This document shows, one piece after another, positions 54,077-63,884 of a stretch of 64,000 nt of DNA. The stretch is from Candidatus Methanomethylicia archaeon. GTDB lineage: Archaea > Thermoproteota > Methanomethylicia > CALHIW01. The notes under the pieces were generated by a model that had not been told where the DNA came from, did no database searches, and saw only the letters and a list, made by a program, of their open reading frames with translations. Within the stretch, counting starts at the first letter, position 1, and each line of letters begins with the position of its first letter. Both the position numbers and the translations under genes were made by a program. The stretch covers positions 112,339 to 176,338 of the forward strand of contig JAWBQF010000001.1 in the NCBI GenBank assembly GCA_038845975.1, in the 5' to 3' direction.

Positions 54077-54373
54077 CCTAATGAATCTTAGCTTATACTA
54101 TTTAAGTCTTCCTATCAATGATGTAGATACTACTAAATTGACTTTCTATAAGCCTATACTAGTACAATAATATCTGGTACAGTATTATAGATAGCCTGTA
54201 AACATGTGAAACTATACAGATCAAGATTGCGGCTTGACAGCTCCCATTTGAAATATAGAGTTAACATAAGGTTAAGACTTAAATCTAAGGAATTATAGTT
54301 TCTATTACTGTTTCAATTATTACAGTTGAAAGCTAATGTTTACTGATAGATTTATTTCTAGGTTTCAATAATA

Positions 54374-55102
54374 GTGTTTATGATTATTATTCCGGTTATG
54401 GATGTTATGAATGGAATTGTTGTTCATGGAGTTTCAGGTTTAAGAAGCCAATATAAGCCATTAGAGAGTAGAATTTGCAGTTCAAATAATCCCATTGATG
54501 TTGCTGATGCTATTCGTAGATTGGGGTTTAGTAGACTATACATAGCAGATCTTGATGCTATTATGGGTGGTGAAGCTAGTCTAGATCTCTACATGAAGAT
54601 TAAGAGTAGACTTGGCTTTAAGCTACTTATTGATGCAGGTATAAACTCTGAGAATAAACTTAGACGACTTATAGATTCCAGTATTGATATTGCAGTTATC
54701 GGTACCGAAACACTTACTAATTTAGATTTTGTTAAGTATGCTGTTAGAAATTATGATGACAGGATTGCTTTAAGTATTGATACCTATAATGGCATTGTTA
54801 AGAGTATGTGCAGCTTAATTAATGGTAAAAGTGTAAAATCTATTTCTGAGCTTATTAATGATCTAAATGTTAAATGGATTATTTACCTTGATATTTCAAG
54901 AGTTGGAACGCTTAAGGGTATTGATTTTAAGCTTATAGAGGATCTTATTGGGAGATTTAATGCTCCATTGATTGTCGGTGGCGGGATTCGATGTATTGAT
55001 GATTTAGTAAGGTTAAGAGATGTTGGCGTTTATGGCGTTCTAGTAGCAACAATAATTCATAAATTAGATGTTAACAATATAATTAAAGCATTTGAGATTT
55101 AG
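54374..55102 (+). CDS. HisA/HisF-related TIM-barrel protein (non-His type)
   Basis: IIPVMDV.NG.VVHG..G.R..YKP, LYIADLDAI, LD.SRVGT, GGGIR. Confidence 0.8.
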   Translation: MFMIIIPVMDVMNGIVVHGVSGLRSQYKPLESRICSSNNPIDVADAIRRLGFSRLYIADLDAIMGGEASLDLYMKIKSRLGFKLLIDAGINSENKLRRLIDSSIDIAVIGTETLTNLDFVKYAVRNYDDRIALSIDTYNGIVKSMCSLINGKSVKSISELINDLNVKWIIYLDISRVGTLKGIDFKLIEDLIGRFNAPLIVGGGIRCIDDLVRLRDVGVYGVLVATIIHKLDVNNIIKAFEI

Positions 55103-55167
55103 AATTGACCCAATCACTTAGTAATTCATTAACTTAACACCATACGTATTAAATTTAGGAAGTTTAG

Positions 55168-55893
55168 TTGCTAAATTTCAACTCCCTAGAGAAATATTTA
55201 TATTCTTGGAATAAATATGTGAGAAAGAGACCTCCTATGATTCTTGTTGGAAATGGAGATGAAAATCTAAATGATAGTGGGGAGCTAGAGCCTCCGGATA
55301 ATTTTTTAAGGAGGAAGGTTCATGATACTGTTCTAAACCTTCTCGGTGATTATAGATTCCACAGAATAGGCTACTACGTCTCTCTACATGCTGAAGAAAA
55401 TAATTGTAGGGTTTTCCCATCTGTAAAGAATGCTCTTGATGTTTATAGAGCACCAATATTTCTAACTAGACTTAGAAAGGCTGGTTTTGAAGTACCGTCT
55501 TTTAAGATTTTCCCAAAGCCAAATCCATGTAGATCGGTTGTCCTCCTACCTCTAAATCCATTTTCAAAGAATTCCCCTAGACTTGTTAGAAGTGAATCCC
55601 AGTATTATAGATTTTTTAGAAGTTTAAGTATGAACTATCACTATCCCGTTGTTCATGTAGAGGTTGAGGGGGAAATCATGGAGATAACCCTCCATTTAAC
55701 GAGGGCCAGTAATGGATGGGATGAATTGGCAAGAAGGATATTTAATGTATTTAGTATTCCACTTGGTAAAATCCTAGTTGAAAAGATAGATAGTAGAGTT
55801 AGACCTATATACTTTATGCCTCTTGAAAGAGAGGAGATAAATTTAGAATTAATATTTAAGGTGGTTAAGAATGAAAATAGGTTGTTTTGTTGA
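55168..55893 (+). CDS. RimK-like ATP-grasp N-terminal (RLAN) domain protein
   Basis: NLLGDYRFHRIGYYVSLHAE..RVFPSV..LD.Y. Confidence 0.7.
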   Translation: MLNFNSLEKYLYSWNKYVRKRPPMILVGNGDENLNDSGELEPPDNFLRRKVHDTVLNLLGDYRFHRIGYYVSLHAEENNCRVFPSVKNALDVYRAPIFLTRLRKAGFEVPSFKIFPKPNPCRSVVLLPLNPFSKNSPRLVRSESQYYRFFRSLSMNYHYPVVHVEVEGEIMEITLHLTRASNGWDELARRIFNVFSIPLGKILVEKIDSRVRPIYFMPLEREEINLELIFKVVKNENRLFC

Positions 55894-56731
55894 AAGTTAT
55901 AATTTTAAATATAAAATGGAAGTTGAAGCTCTAAAAATATTTAGAGAGACAGCGAGGAAAATGGGTTATGAATTTGAGCTTGTTGGAAAGGATATTTTCT
56001 ATAGAATTAATGATTTCAACTCTATATTCATAAGAGCAACTACAGATCCCCTATTTACATCCTATGTTGTTTCAAGACTGGCTGAAGAATATGGAAAAAA
56101 GGTTATTGATGATTCTGAAAGTATAAGGATATGTTCAGATAAAATTACTCTTCATTATAGACTTCAAAGAAACAATGTTCCAATTCCGGAAACCATTATA
56201 TTCCATGGAGAATATGAAATGCTAAATCTATTTGCTGAGAAGCTAGGTTATCCAGTTGTTGTTAAAGCACCTAATTCCCGCTTCTCCCTATATGTTGAGA
56301 AAGCAAATAACTTCAATGAGCTTCTATCAATAACAAGGAGATTCCTAAGAAGAAGTAAAGCAGTAATTCTTCAGAAATTCATTCCAACCAAATTTGACTG
56401 GCGAATAGGAATTCTTAATAGGGAAATATTATACGTATGCAAATACTACATACCGAGGGGAGGTTGGAGAATAAGAGATATTATAGATGGTAAGATTGTG
56501 TGGGGAAGAGTGGAAGCAATTAATAGGGAGAATATACCGTCAAAACTGAGAAAAATTGCAATTAAGGCTATAGAAAATATTGGTAATGGGCTGTACGGTG
56601 TTGATATAAAGGAGTTTAATGGAGAATACTATGTTATTGAGATAAATGATAATCCAACAATTATGCATGGAATGGAGGATGCTAAGAATACAGATATCTA
56701 CGAGAAAATAATACATACACTTACTAGCTGA
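55871..56731 (+). CDS. RimK-family ATP-grasp ligase
   Basis: FIRATT, VIDDSESIRICSDK, QKFIPTKFDWRIGIL, GLYGVDIK, EINDNP. Confidence 0.9.
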   Translation: MKIGCFVESYNFKYKMEVEALKIFRETARKMGYEFELVGKDIFYRINDFNSIFIRATTDPLFTSYVVSRLAEEYGKKVIDDSESIRICSDKITLHYRLQRNNVPIPETIIFHGEYEMLNLFAEKLGYPVVVKAPNSRFSLYVEKANNFNELLSITRRFLRRSKAVILQKFIPTKFDWRIGILNREILYVCKYYIPRGGWRIRDIIDGKIVWGRVEAINRENIPSKLRKIAIKAIENIGNGLYGVDIKEFNGEYYVIEINDNPTIMHGMEDAKNTDIYEKIIHTLTS

Positions 56732-56736
56732 ACATT

Positions 56737-57834
56737 ATGATAGGGCCAGAACATGAATACTCAATAAACGATGAATACTTCAATCCACTACCGATTACAG
56801 ATAGAGTTATTAAGAAGATTAGTGGTAGATTTCTAAATAAGACATGTATAGGGAAAGTTATAGTTGGAAGAGAACTTCAAAAACACGTAGTTGAGCTAAA
56901 ACCCCAAAAGCCATTTGAAACCTTTTCAGAATTTGAAGAGGTTATGCAAGAGGGGATTGAAGAGCTATTAAGCTATCTTAACGGATATAGGCTTCTCGGC
57001 TTAGGAATGCATCCCCTACTAAAGCTTGAATACGCTACTGTATGGGATCATAGAGATAGGAGAATATATCAAGCTTACGATAGGATTTTCAATATAAAAC
57101 AGCATGGCTGGCTAAATATTCAAAGCTTCCAGCTTAACATCCCTTATAGAAATGCAAGAGAAGCTGTTAAAATACATAATAAACTTAGATCTCTACTACC
57201 ATACATAGCTGCACTAGCATCCGCCTCACCAATATGTGAAGAAAAACTTTTCTACGTTGATTCTAGACTATATTATTATAGAATAAACCAGAAAGAAATT
57301 CCAATAATCTGTAATGATATAATTCCTGAAAAAATAAATAGCCTACAGGAATACAAGACAATCCTTGAAAGTATCTATAGAGAGTTAAGGAGTAGGAAAG
57401 CTGATATTCTATGTGGTGAATGGGTTAACTCAAGGGGAGTTATATTAAGGTTTAGCCGTAAATGTCTTGAAATTAGGGTAATGGATGAACAGGAATGTAT
57501 TAAAAGCGACATAGCTCTAGCAGCATTTATTAAATGCTCCCTTAAAGCTAAAGTAGAAAATACTGAAAGAAACATACTTCTTAATATGCTTGATAATGCA
57601 ATTAAAAATGGAACTCGTAATTTAAAGAATAAGCTTAGAAAACTCCTTAAAAAAGCTAGGGAAAATGCAGATAGAGAAGAAAGAAAATACTTAGAAATTG
57701 TTAATAGAAGAATTGAAAACGGTAGTCTCGGTGAGTTAATCATTAAAAATATAGGAAGTCCAACTAGAGAGGAAATCGTTAAATTATGTGAAAGACTAGC
57801 TAAATGTCTTGAGAGAAATGAAGTGTATTCATAA
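56737..57834 (+). CDS. glutamate-cysteine ligase family 2 (GCS2) carboxylate-amine ligase
   Basis: GPEHEY, ELQKHVVELK, GMHP, HGWLNIQSFQLN, ASASP, NSRG..RF..LEIRVMDEQEC. Confidence 0.88.
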   Translation: MIGPEHEYSINDEYFNPLPITDRVIKKISGRFLNKTCIGKVIVGRELQKHVVELKPQKPFETFSEFEEVMQEGIEELLSYLNGYRLLGLGMHPLLKLEYATVWDHRDRRIYQAYDRIFNIKQHGWLNIQSFQLNIPYRNAREAVKIHNKLRSLLPYIAALASASPICEEKLFYVDSRLYYYRINQKEIPIICNDIIPEKINSLQEYKTILESIYRELRSRKADILCGEWVNSRGVILRFSRKCLEIRVMDEQECIKSDIALAAFIKCSLKAKVENTERNILLNMLDNAIKNGTRNLKNKLRKLLKKARENADREERKYLEIVNRRIENGSLGELIIKNIGSPTREEIVKLCERLAKCLERNEVYS

Positions 57835-57899
57835 TTAACTTTCAAATACTATGAGAGACGAAAAGAAGTTTAGGTTTAACTTACTAGTGTATATTTTAT

Positions 57900-58305
57900 T
57901 CTTGTTACTCCTAATATTTACACCTTTAACTTCCCCACCTGCAAATCCAGCATTTAATCTATAAATTTTCTTCACAGCATACCGAGAATATGAAATGTAG
58001 TATGCGTTCTCATAAGTCTATATCTACAATTCCAATTTATCCCTACCTAATACTTCACTATCTACTTTATGATCTTCAAAAAGGGCCTTCATGAACTACA
58101 TAATCATCAACTAAATAAGCACCATGAACATTTGTTTTCCACCCATTACTTATAGTACACCAACATCGTGAGGTTACTCTTCCCTTTATGGTAGAAAACG
58201 GTTCTATCAAGAACAATTTGAATTACACCATCTCTAACTCTAATTTAACAATTTGAACTCTGAAATCCCTACATAAGAGATTTCAGAGTATGGTTTGATA
58301 GTCAT
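57900..58305 (-). pseudogene. alaX: AlaX (Ala-tRNA editing) pseudogene, 3'-truncated
   Basis: MTIKPYSE.SY.., IVLDRTVFY, PHDVGVL, DDYVVHEG, NWNCRYRLMRTHTTFHIL across frameshifts. Confidence 0.75.
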
Positions 58306-58411
58306 GAGTATTACTTAACATTAGAATATTAAGAACAACCATAATATATAGATTTTACAGCATCGAATGTGAAAATATATGTGTAATGATTTTAATAGCA
58401 GCAGAATATTG

Positions 58412-59032
58412 GGGCGTGGCAGCTTAGAAATTATATAAATTCTGCTTTTTATTATTTTATGCTTAGTATTAGAGTTTATTAGGGTCTTGGGATATTTGGG
58501 GGTAGGACTCTGCTAGATGTTAGGATTCTGTATAGCATTCACGTTGGATGTCCGGTTTGATGAGTGGAGTATTATCCAGGTTCATAGGGTTTCTAGATGG
58601 CTGTCAGTAGGCGGGTAAGCTTAGGAGGAATGAATGTAAATCCATCAGGATTCCTAAGAGAGCTATAGATGAGGAGTTAGAGCTAATGTAAAATTATTGG
58701 GTTTATGCTAGATACTGATAAGTGAGATAATAATTATGAAGCATACAGGAATATTATGATATCTACAACTCATTAATGAAATTAAATCACTGTGGTGATG
58801 AACCAAATTCTCATTGATAGTCATCATGGATTTTAAAACCTCTCGAAAGATAAACTACCATACATAAACCTTTCGTGAGGGAAGCGTAGTAGATAGGATA
58901 CTCATCATTCAATAGAGAGGGTATTCTTAACAATAAACCCAATATAAAATACTAGATGTTGAGAAAAATTGAATGAAACTATTCATACTATATTATAACC
59001 ACCTAAGAAGATGAGCCTAAGTTACTAGGCCC
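58412..59032 (+). mobile_element. decayed IS6-type element, family B
   Basis: Ends GGGCGTGGCAGCTTAG / CTAAGTTACTAGGCCC; 7/8 TSD GAATATTG/GAATATTA; colinear with 63118-63868. Confidence 0.8.
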
Positions 59033-59089
59033 GAATATTATTGCAGAATATTTATATAAATGTCTTTTTAAAGGTTATTGTGAATCTGA

Positions 59090-60571
59090 ATGTCTTTAAG
59101 AGGTATTGATGTATTCTTTAAGCCTAGAGGTGTTGCAATAATAGGAGCTGCAAGAGAATCATTTAAGCCTGGACATGTTATACTAAGGAACTTTCTTGAA
59201 AACATGATTAACGGAGTATTTAGTGGAGAGCTTTATGCAGTTAATCCAAATGTTGATAGAATTTTAGGATTGAAATGTTATAGATCCATAAGAAATATTG
59301 ATGGAATTGTTGATTTATCTGTTATTGCTATTCCAGCAAAACTTGTTCCAGAAGTTCTTGAGGAATGTGGTGAGAGGAATTTAAGGGGAGCGATAATAAT
59401 TAGTAGTGGTTTTAAGGAGGTAGGTAATGATGAACTTGAAGAGGAAATTAAGAGAATATCTAGAAGATATGGTATTAGGGTTATTGGCCCAAACTGTCTT
59501 GGAGTATATGATGCATATACAGGTGTTGACACAATATTTCTCCAACAAACAAGAACTATTGGAGGATCACCGGTTCTAGCAACTCCAAGACCTAAGCCGG
59601 GACCAATAGCAATCATAACACAGAGTGGAGCTATTGGAGCGGCAATACTTGACTATATGAGTGGAGTGGAAATGGGAATTAGTAAGTTTGTAAGCTATGG
59701 TAACAAGGTGGATGTTGATGAAGTGGATTTAATAGATTATCTAAAGAATGATGAGAAAACCAGAGTTATAACTTTATATATTGAATCTATCGATAGAGGT
59801 GTTGAATTCATAGATGTTGCAAGCAATGTATCTTTAAAGAAGCCCATAGTAGCTATGAAGGCTGGTAGAAGTGAAGGAGGAGCACGAGCAGCAGCCTCAC
59901 ATACAGGTGCTCTAGCAGGTACATATAAAATCTATGAGGCAGCATTTAAACAGTCAGGAGTAGTTCTAGTTCAAACTCTTGAGGAGCTTATGGACTGTGC
60001 TAAGGCCTTAGCCTACCAGCCACCAGCACCTGAAGGAAATGTTGTTATAGTTACTGATGGAGGGGGAGCAGGAATAATGGCTGTTGATACTCTTGAAAGT
60101 CTAGGAATAAGAGTAGATATACTTCCAGAAGATTTACTTAAAAAGTTTGAGGAGATGAAAAAGAAGAACATTATACCTGCATTTGCAGCTATAAGGAACC
60201 CAATAGATCTTACAGGTATTGCAACAGCTGAAATGTATACTGAATCATTAAAAATCCTTATTCAAAATAGTTGGGTTAACTGCATTCTTATCATAGCTTT
60301 ACATCATATACCAACGTTGGAGGGAGACTTCCCAGATAAGCTTATAGAGGTATGTAGGGAGTCGACTAAGCCTATTATTGCTTGCGATATTGGTGAGGCG
60401 GAAATGAGTAAACGTGTTAGATCAAGACTTGAGAAAGCAGGTATACCAGCCTATCAAACTCCTGAAAGAGCAGCCATGGCAGCTTGGAGCCTCATAAAAT
60501 ATGGAAAACACATTAGAAAACTCATGTTAGAAACAGTAATAAAAAGTATAAAACCAGCACAAAAATCATAG
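59090..60571 (+). CDS. acdA: ADP-forming acyl-CoA synthetase alpha subunit
   Basis: IGPNCLG, TQSGA, AASHTGAL, GGGAG, NPIDLTG. Confidence 0.9.
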   Translation: MSLRGIDVFFKPRGVAIIGAARESFKPGHVILRNFLENMINGVFSGELYAVNPNVDRILGLKCYRSIRNIDGIVDLSVIAIPAKLVPEVLEECGERNLRGAIIISSGFKEVGNDELEEEIKRISRRYGIRVIGPNCLGVYDAYTGVDTIFLQQTRTIGGSPVLATPRPKPGPIAIITQSGAIGAAILDYMSGVEMGISKFVSYGNKVDVDEVDLIDYLKNDEKTRVITLYIESIDRGVEFIDVASNVSLKKPIVAMKAGRSEGGARAAASHTGALAGTYKIYEAAFKQSGVVLVQTLEELMDCAKALAYQPPAPEGNVVIVTDGGGAGIMAVDTLESLGIRVDILPEDLLKKFEEMKKKNIIPAFAAIRNPIDLTGIATAEMYTESLKILIQNSWVNCILIIALHHIPTLEGDFPDKLIEVCRESTKPIIACDIGEAEMSKRVRSRLEKAGIPAYQTPERAAMAAWSLIKYGKHIRKLMLETVIKSIKPAQKS

Positions 60572-60669
60572 ATTAATACAGAAATCAAAAAGATTCTATC
60601 TCTTCAGCTCATTTACAGCTAATTTTTAACTATTTTCCAGATAATCAGCTACAATTCTGAAGAAAGTTT

Positions 60670-60761
60670 AAAAGGGAGTGCAGAATAATATTTTTACTCT
60701 CTGCGGAGAAAATAGATGACCCTCAGAGCTGCCCTCCTCTGGGCTTTAAGCCCAGAGGACC
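60670..60761 (-). ncRNA. candidate structured small ncRNA (about 90 nt)
   Basis: GC-rich island; near-perfect palindrome with 12-bp arms, second long interrupted stem, U-tract end, TATA about 25 nt upstream. Confidence 0.5.
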
Positions 60762-60822
60762 ATAGTAAGCTTTAACGTTATATTTATAAGTTTAAAACAG
60801 CTTTTCACATATTGGTGTTATT

Positions 60823-61653
60823 GTGAAAAATATTAGGGTTATTGTTGCTCATGGAGACTGTGACGGTATTGTTTGCGCAGCGATTGCTTTAAGAAGATTT
60901 CCAGACTCAAAAATTGTTTTTGCTGAACCATACAATATACATGAAAGAATTCCGAGCGAAATCCCTGTATTAATTCTCGACCTACCATACACTAGTGAGG
61001 GAGACAATATATATGTTATTGACCATCATCCTGATTTAGCTCCATCATGTAGTTACTTAATGAGGAGCTGGATAGAAGCTGATGAATATCTTGTTAATCT
61101 AGGTTTAGCAGGTGATAAAAGCTTCACAGACAATTCAGAAATTATAGAGGATGCTGAATTACTTAACGATGCTATTCATCTTAAACCTAATGATGATGCA
61201 TTTAAGGAATATATTACATATCAGCTTTCAAAAGGTGCAAGGATTAAAGATATACCTGAAGTTATTGAAAGAGCTGATGAATATCGAAGAAAGCTAAAAA
61301 AGGTTTTAAGCGAGGCATTTAAGAGAGTAGAGGATAGAGGAGACTACGCTATTGTTGCCTATCCAAACATACCTGATGGATTCGCCGGTAAAATTGCAAC
61401 AGAACTATCAAAAAAGTTCCCTAATATATTCCTCATTTGGAGAAGAACGGATAAAACAATAATTACCATGAGGACATCAACATTTAACTCAATTGACATA
61501 TGCAATAAGCTTAAACAAGTAGATAAAAAACACATTCTTGGAGGAGGACATAGAAAAGCTGCAAGCTACTCAACAAAGTCAGATCTTAAGAAAACCATAA
61601 GCTTACTCATGAAAATACTTGAAAAATCTCATAGTATAAAGCATTCACCTTAA
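60823..61653 (+). CDS. DHH/DHHA1 phosphoesterase
   Basis: HGDCDG, ILD, IDHH, GGGHRKAAS. Confidence 0.88.
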   Translation: MKNIRVIVAHGDCDGIVCAAIALRRFPDSKIVFAEPYNIHERIPSEIPVLILDLPYTSEGDNIYVIDHHPDLAPSCSYLMRSWIEADEYLVNLGLAGDKSFTDNSEIIEDAELLNDAIHLKPNDDAFKEYITYQLSKGARIKDIPEVIERADEYRRKLKKVLSEAFKRVEDRGDYAIVAYPNIPDGFAGKIATELSKKFPNIFLIWRRTDKTIITMRTSTFNSIDICNKLKQVDKKHILGGGHRKAASYSTKSDLKKTISLLMKILEKSHSIKHSP

Positions 61654-61729
61654 AGCTTTATCTAACATAAATGAAGAATAGATTTTGAATATATCCATAA
61701 AGTTTAAATGGAGAGTTTAAATATTAATT

Positions 61730-61785
61730 TTAGATGATGAAAGAGGTGATCGCGGAACTAGATGAAGAAATCTAATTCTGAGCTA
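61730..61785 (+). ncRNA. candidate C/D box sRNA
   Basis: C ATGATGA (61734), 12-nt guide, D' CGGA, C' ATGAAGA, 9-nt guide, D CTGA (61778); TTTAAAT about 25 nt upstream. Confidence 0.65.
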
Positions 61786-62125
61786 TATATACTTCCAGCT
61801 AAATTATCTGAGTTTGATAGCAAAATTCATTAAACCTATAAGAATAACTTATAGCTATAGAATTCGTAGCTTTATGATTTAATATTTTTCATAATTTCAT
61901 CTATAAATACTATGATTATAGGAAATTTATATTAAAATTTCGTACTTATGTGAATTTGAATTGCAAATTTCAGAAATAAGCCATAAAGTAGAATTTGTTG
62001 AATTTTAATTAATATAGCTTACATCATGATTGGCTCCGTAAACTTTGGATGAGGAATATGTTATGACTTGGTTTAACTGGAAGAATTATGATTTGTAGTT
62101 AAGTTTTTATTTATGTCTTATAGAG

Positions 62126-62785
62126 GTGAATGGTGTTTGTTTGAGAATCATAATTCTTGGTCCTCCAGGAGCTGGTAAGGGAACTCAAGCTAAACTATTA
62201 TCAAACCATTACGGTATACCACACATATCTACTGGTGATATTATCCGGGAGGAAATTAAGCATAGAACAGATTTAGGAATTAGAATTAGAGATTATGTTG
62301 AAAGAGGGGATTTAGTACCTGATAGAGAGGTAATTGAGATTGTTAGGAGGAGGATACTATTAGAAAATTGTAGTAGAGGGTTCATTCTTGATGGCTTTCC
62401 AAGAACAGTTATTCAAGCTAAAGCTTTAGATCAAATTCTAGATAGTATAGGACTAAAGATAGATGCTGTAGTTAACCTTGTAGTTAATGAAGAGGAATTA
62501 ATTAGGAGGCTATCAGGTAGGAGAATATGTAAAAACTGCGGTGCAACATATCATTTAATATTTAACCCCCCAAAGAAAAACTTAAAATGCAACATATGCT
62601 GTGGGGAATTATATCAGAGAAACGATGACATGGAGGAAGCCATTAGAAGAAGAGTTAAGATATACAATAATGAAACAAAACCATTAATAAAATATTATGA
62701 GGAGAAGAAGCTAGTTATAAATATTAACGGTACTGGAGATATAAATAGTGTATTTAGTGAAATATTAAGAAAACTAGGTAGATAG
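62126..62785 (+). CDS. adk: adenylate kinase, bacterial-type with Zn-binding LID
   Basis: GPPGAGKGTQA, HISTGD, LDGFPR, CKNC..CNIC, QRNDD. Confidence 0.95.
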   Translation: MNGVCLRIIILGPPGAGKGTQAKLLSNHYGIPHISTGDIIREEIKHRTDLGIRIRDYVERGDLVPDREVIEIVRRRILLENCSRGFILDGFPRTVIQAKALDQILDSIGLKIDAVVNLVVNEEELIRRLSGRRICKNCGATYHLIFNPPKKNLKCNICCGELYQRNDDMEEAIRRRVKIYNNETKPLIKYYEEKKLVININGTGDINSVFSEILRKLGR

Positions 62786-62786
62786 G

Positions 62787-63062
62787 CTATACCTCCTTTA
62801 CGAGGACTATTTCTATTGTTGAAACCATTCTTTTAGTTGGCTCTTGACCTATCTGCTCAGAACCTATCTTAATATCTTTAACACTTGCCTTTGTAAGTCT
62901 TCTGAAAATCTCTACAGCACTAACAGCTGTAGAAATAGCTCGACCCCTAGCCTTTACAACAATTTCCTTCTCCGGCATAACAATCATTGCTGTAGCGTAA
63001 GCCATTGGAGGCTTTTTACCAATTAATATAACGTTAGACGGAACTGAAGGCTGAGCACTCAT
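62787..63062 (-). CDS. albA: chromatin protein Alba
   Basis: SNVILIGKKPPMAY, VKARGRAISTAV, VSTIEIVL; start set at ATG 63062. Confidence 0.93.
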   Translation of the reverse strand: MSAQPSVPSNVILIGKKPPMAYATAMIVMPEKEIVVKARGRAISTAVSAVEIFRRLTKASVKDIKIGSEQIGQEPTKRMVSTIEIVLVKEV

Positions 63063-63117
63063 ACAATCACCAACCACCTATAAAATAGGTTCTTAAATAC
63101 TTTTCGCTAAAAATCTA

Positions 63118-63868
63118 GGACTTGGCAACTTAAAAAGTTATATAAGTTCCATTGTTTATTATTGAACTTATCTGAAAACTCTTAAATATTGTTAAGACTT
63201 AATTAGATTAATAATTTAACTATCAATTAATTATGGAGTTTTCAGGCAAACTCATTTTATGTTAATATTAGGAGTTTATTAGGATCTTAGAGTATTTGAG
63301 GAGAGAAAGGTTCCATTAGATGTTAATCTGGTATAGTACTCATATTAGATGTCTAGTTTAAGAGGTTTTAGAGTATTATCTGATTATAGATTTTCTAAAA
63401 TGACTGTTGTAAGGATAAATACGCCTAGGATAGGACAAATACAAATCATTAGAATTCTGGAAGAGCTATAGCTATAAATGAGTTGGAGTTAAGGCTAATG
63501 ATGAAGGGTTATTGGGGTTATGTAGTTGTAGATACTGATAGAAATGAGGTAATAGTTATGAAAACCTACAAAATATCATGATATCAGAATTCTCAATGAG
63601 GTTTAAGATATTGCGGTAAAATTAGTATTCTTTATTGATAGTACATCATGTCTTCTAAACCTCTTGAGAAATTAAACCATCATAATTAAACTTTCAGTAA
63701 GAGAAGTGTAGCATGATAAGATACCATCATTCAGCAAAACTAGAGTATTCTCAACAATAATATCAAATTCAATAAACAAAATTCTAGATGATAAGAGGTA
63801 ATTAAATACTGAAACTTATTCATACTGTACTACAACCATCTAGAATATGGGCTTAAGTTTCCATGTCT
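63118..63868 (+). mobile_element. decayed IS6-type element, family B, with nested MITE
   Basis: GGACTTGGCAACTTA ... TAAGTTTCCATGTCT; YWGYVVVDTDRNE and TRVF relics. Confidence 0.8.
63164..63253. mobile_element. 90-bp MITE
   Basis: GAACTTATCTGAAAACTC ... GAGTTTTCAGGCAAACTC, ATT duplication; absent from the other family B copies. Confidence 0.7.
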
Positions 63869-63884
63869 ACTTGTTAATAGGGAT

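Noticed and set aside
55871-56731. Calling the ATP-grasp CofF or a second LysX/ArgX
   Set aside because: Motifs and RLAN/GCS2 context fit a different clade; it lacks the GSWGR and WRTN LysX signatures.
62026-62075. Second C/D-like pattern upstream of adk
   Set aside because: Boxes too degenerate.
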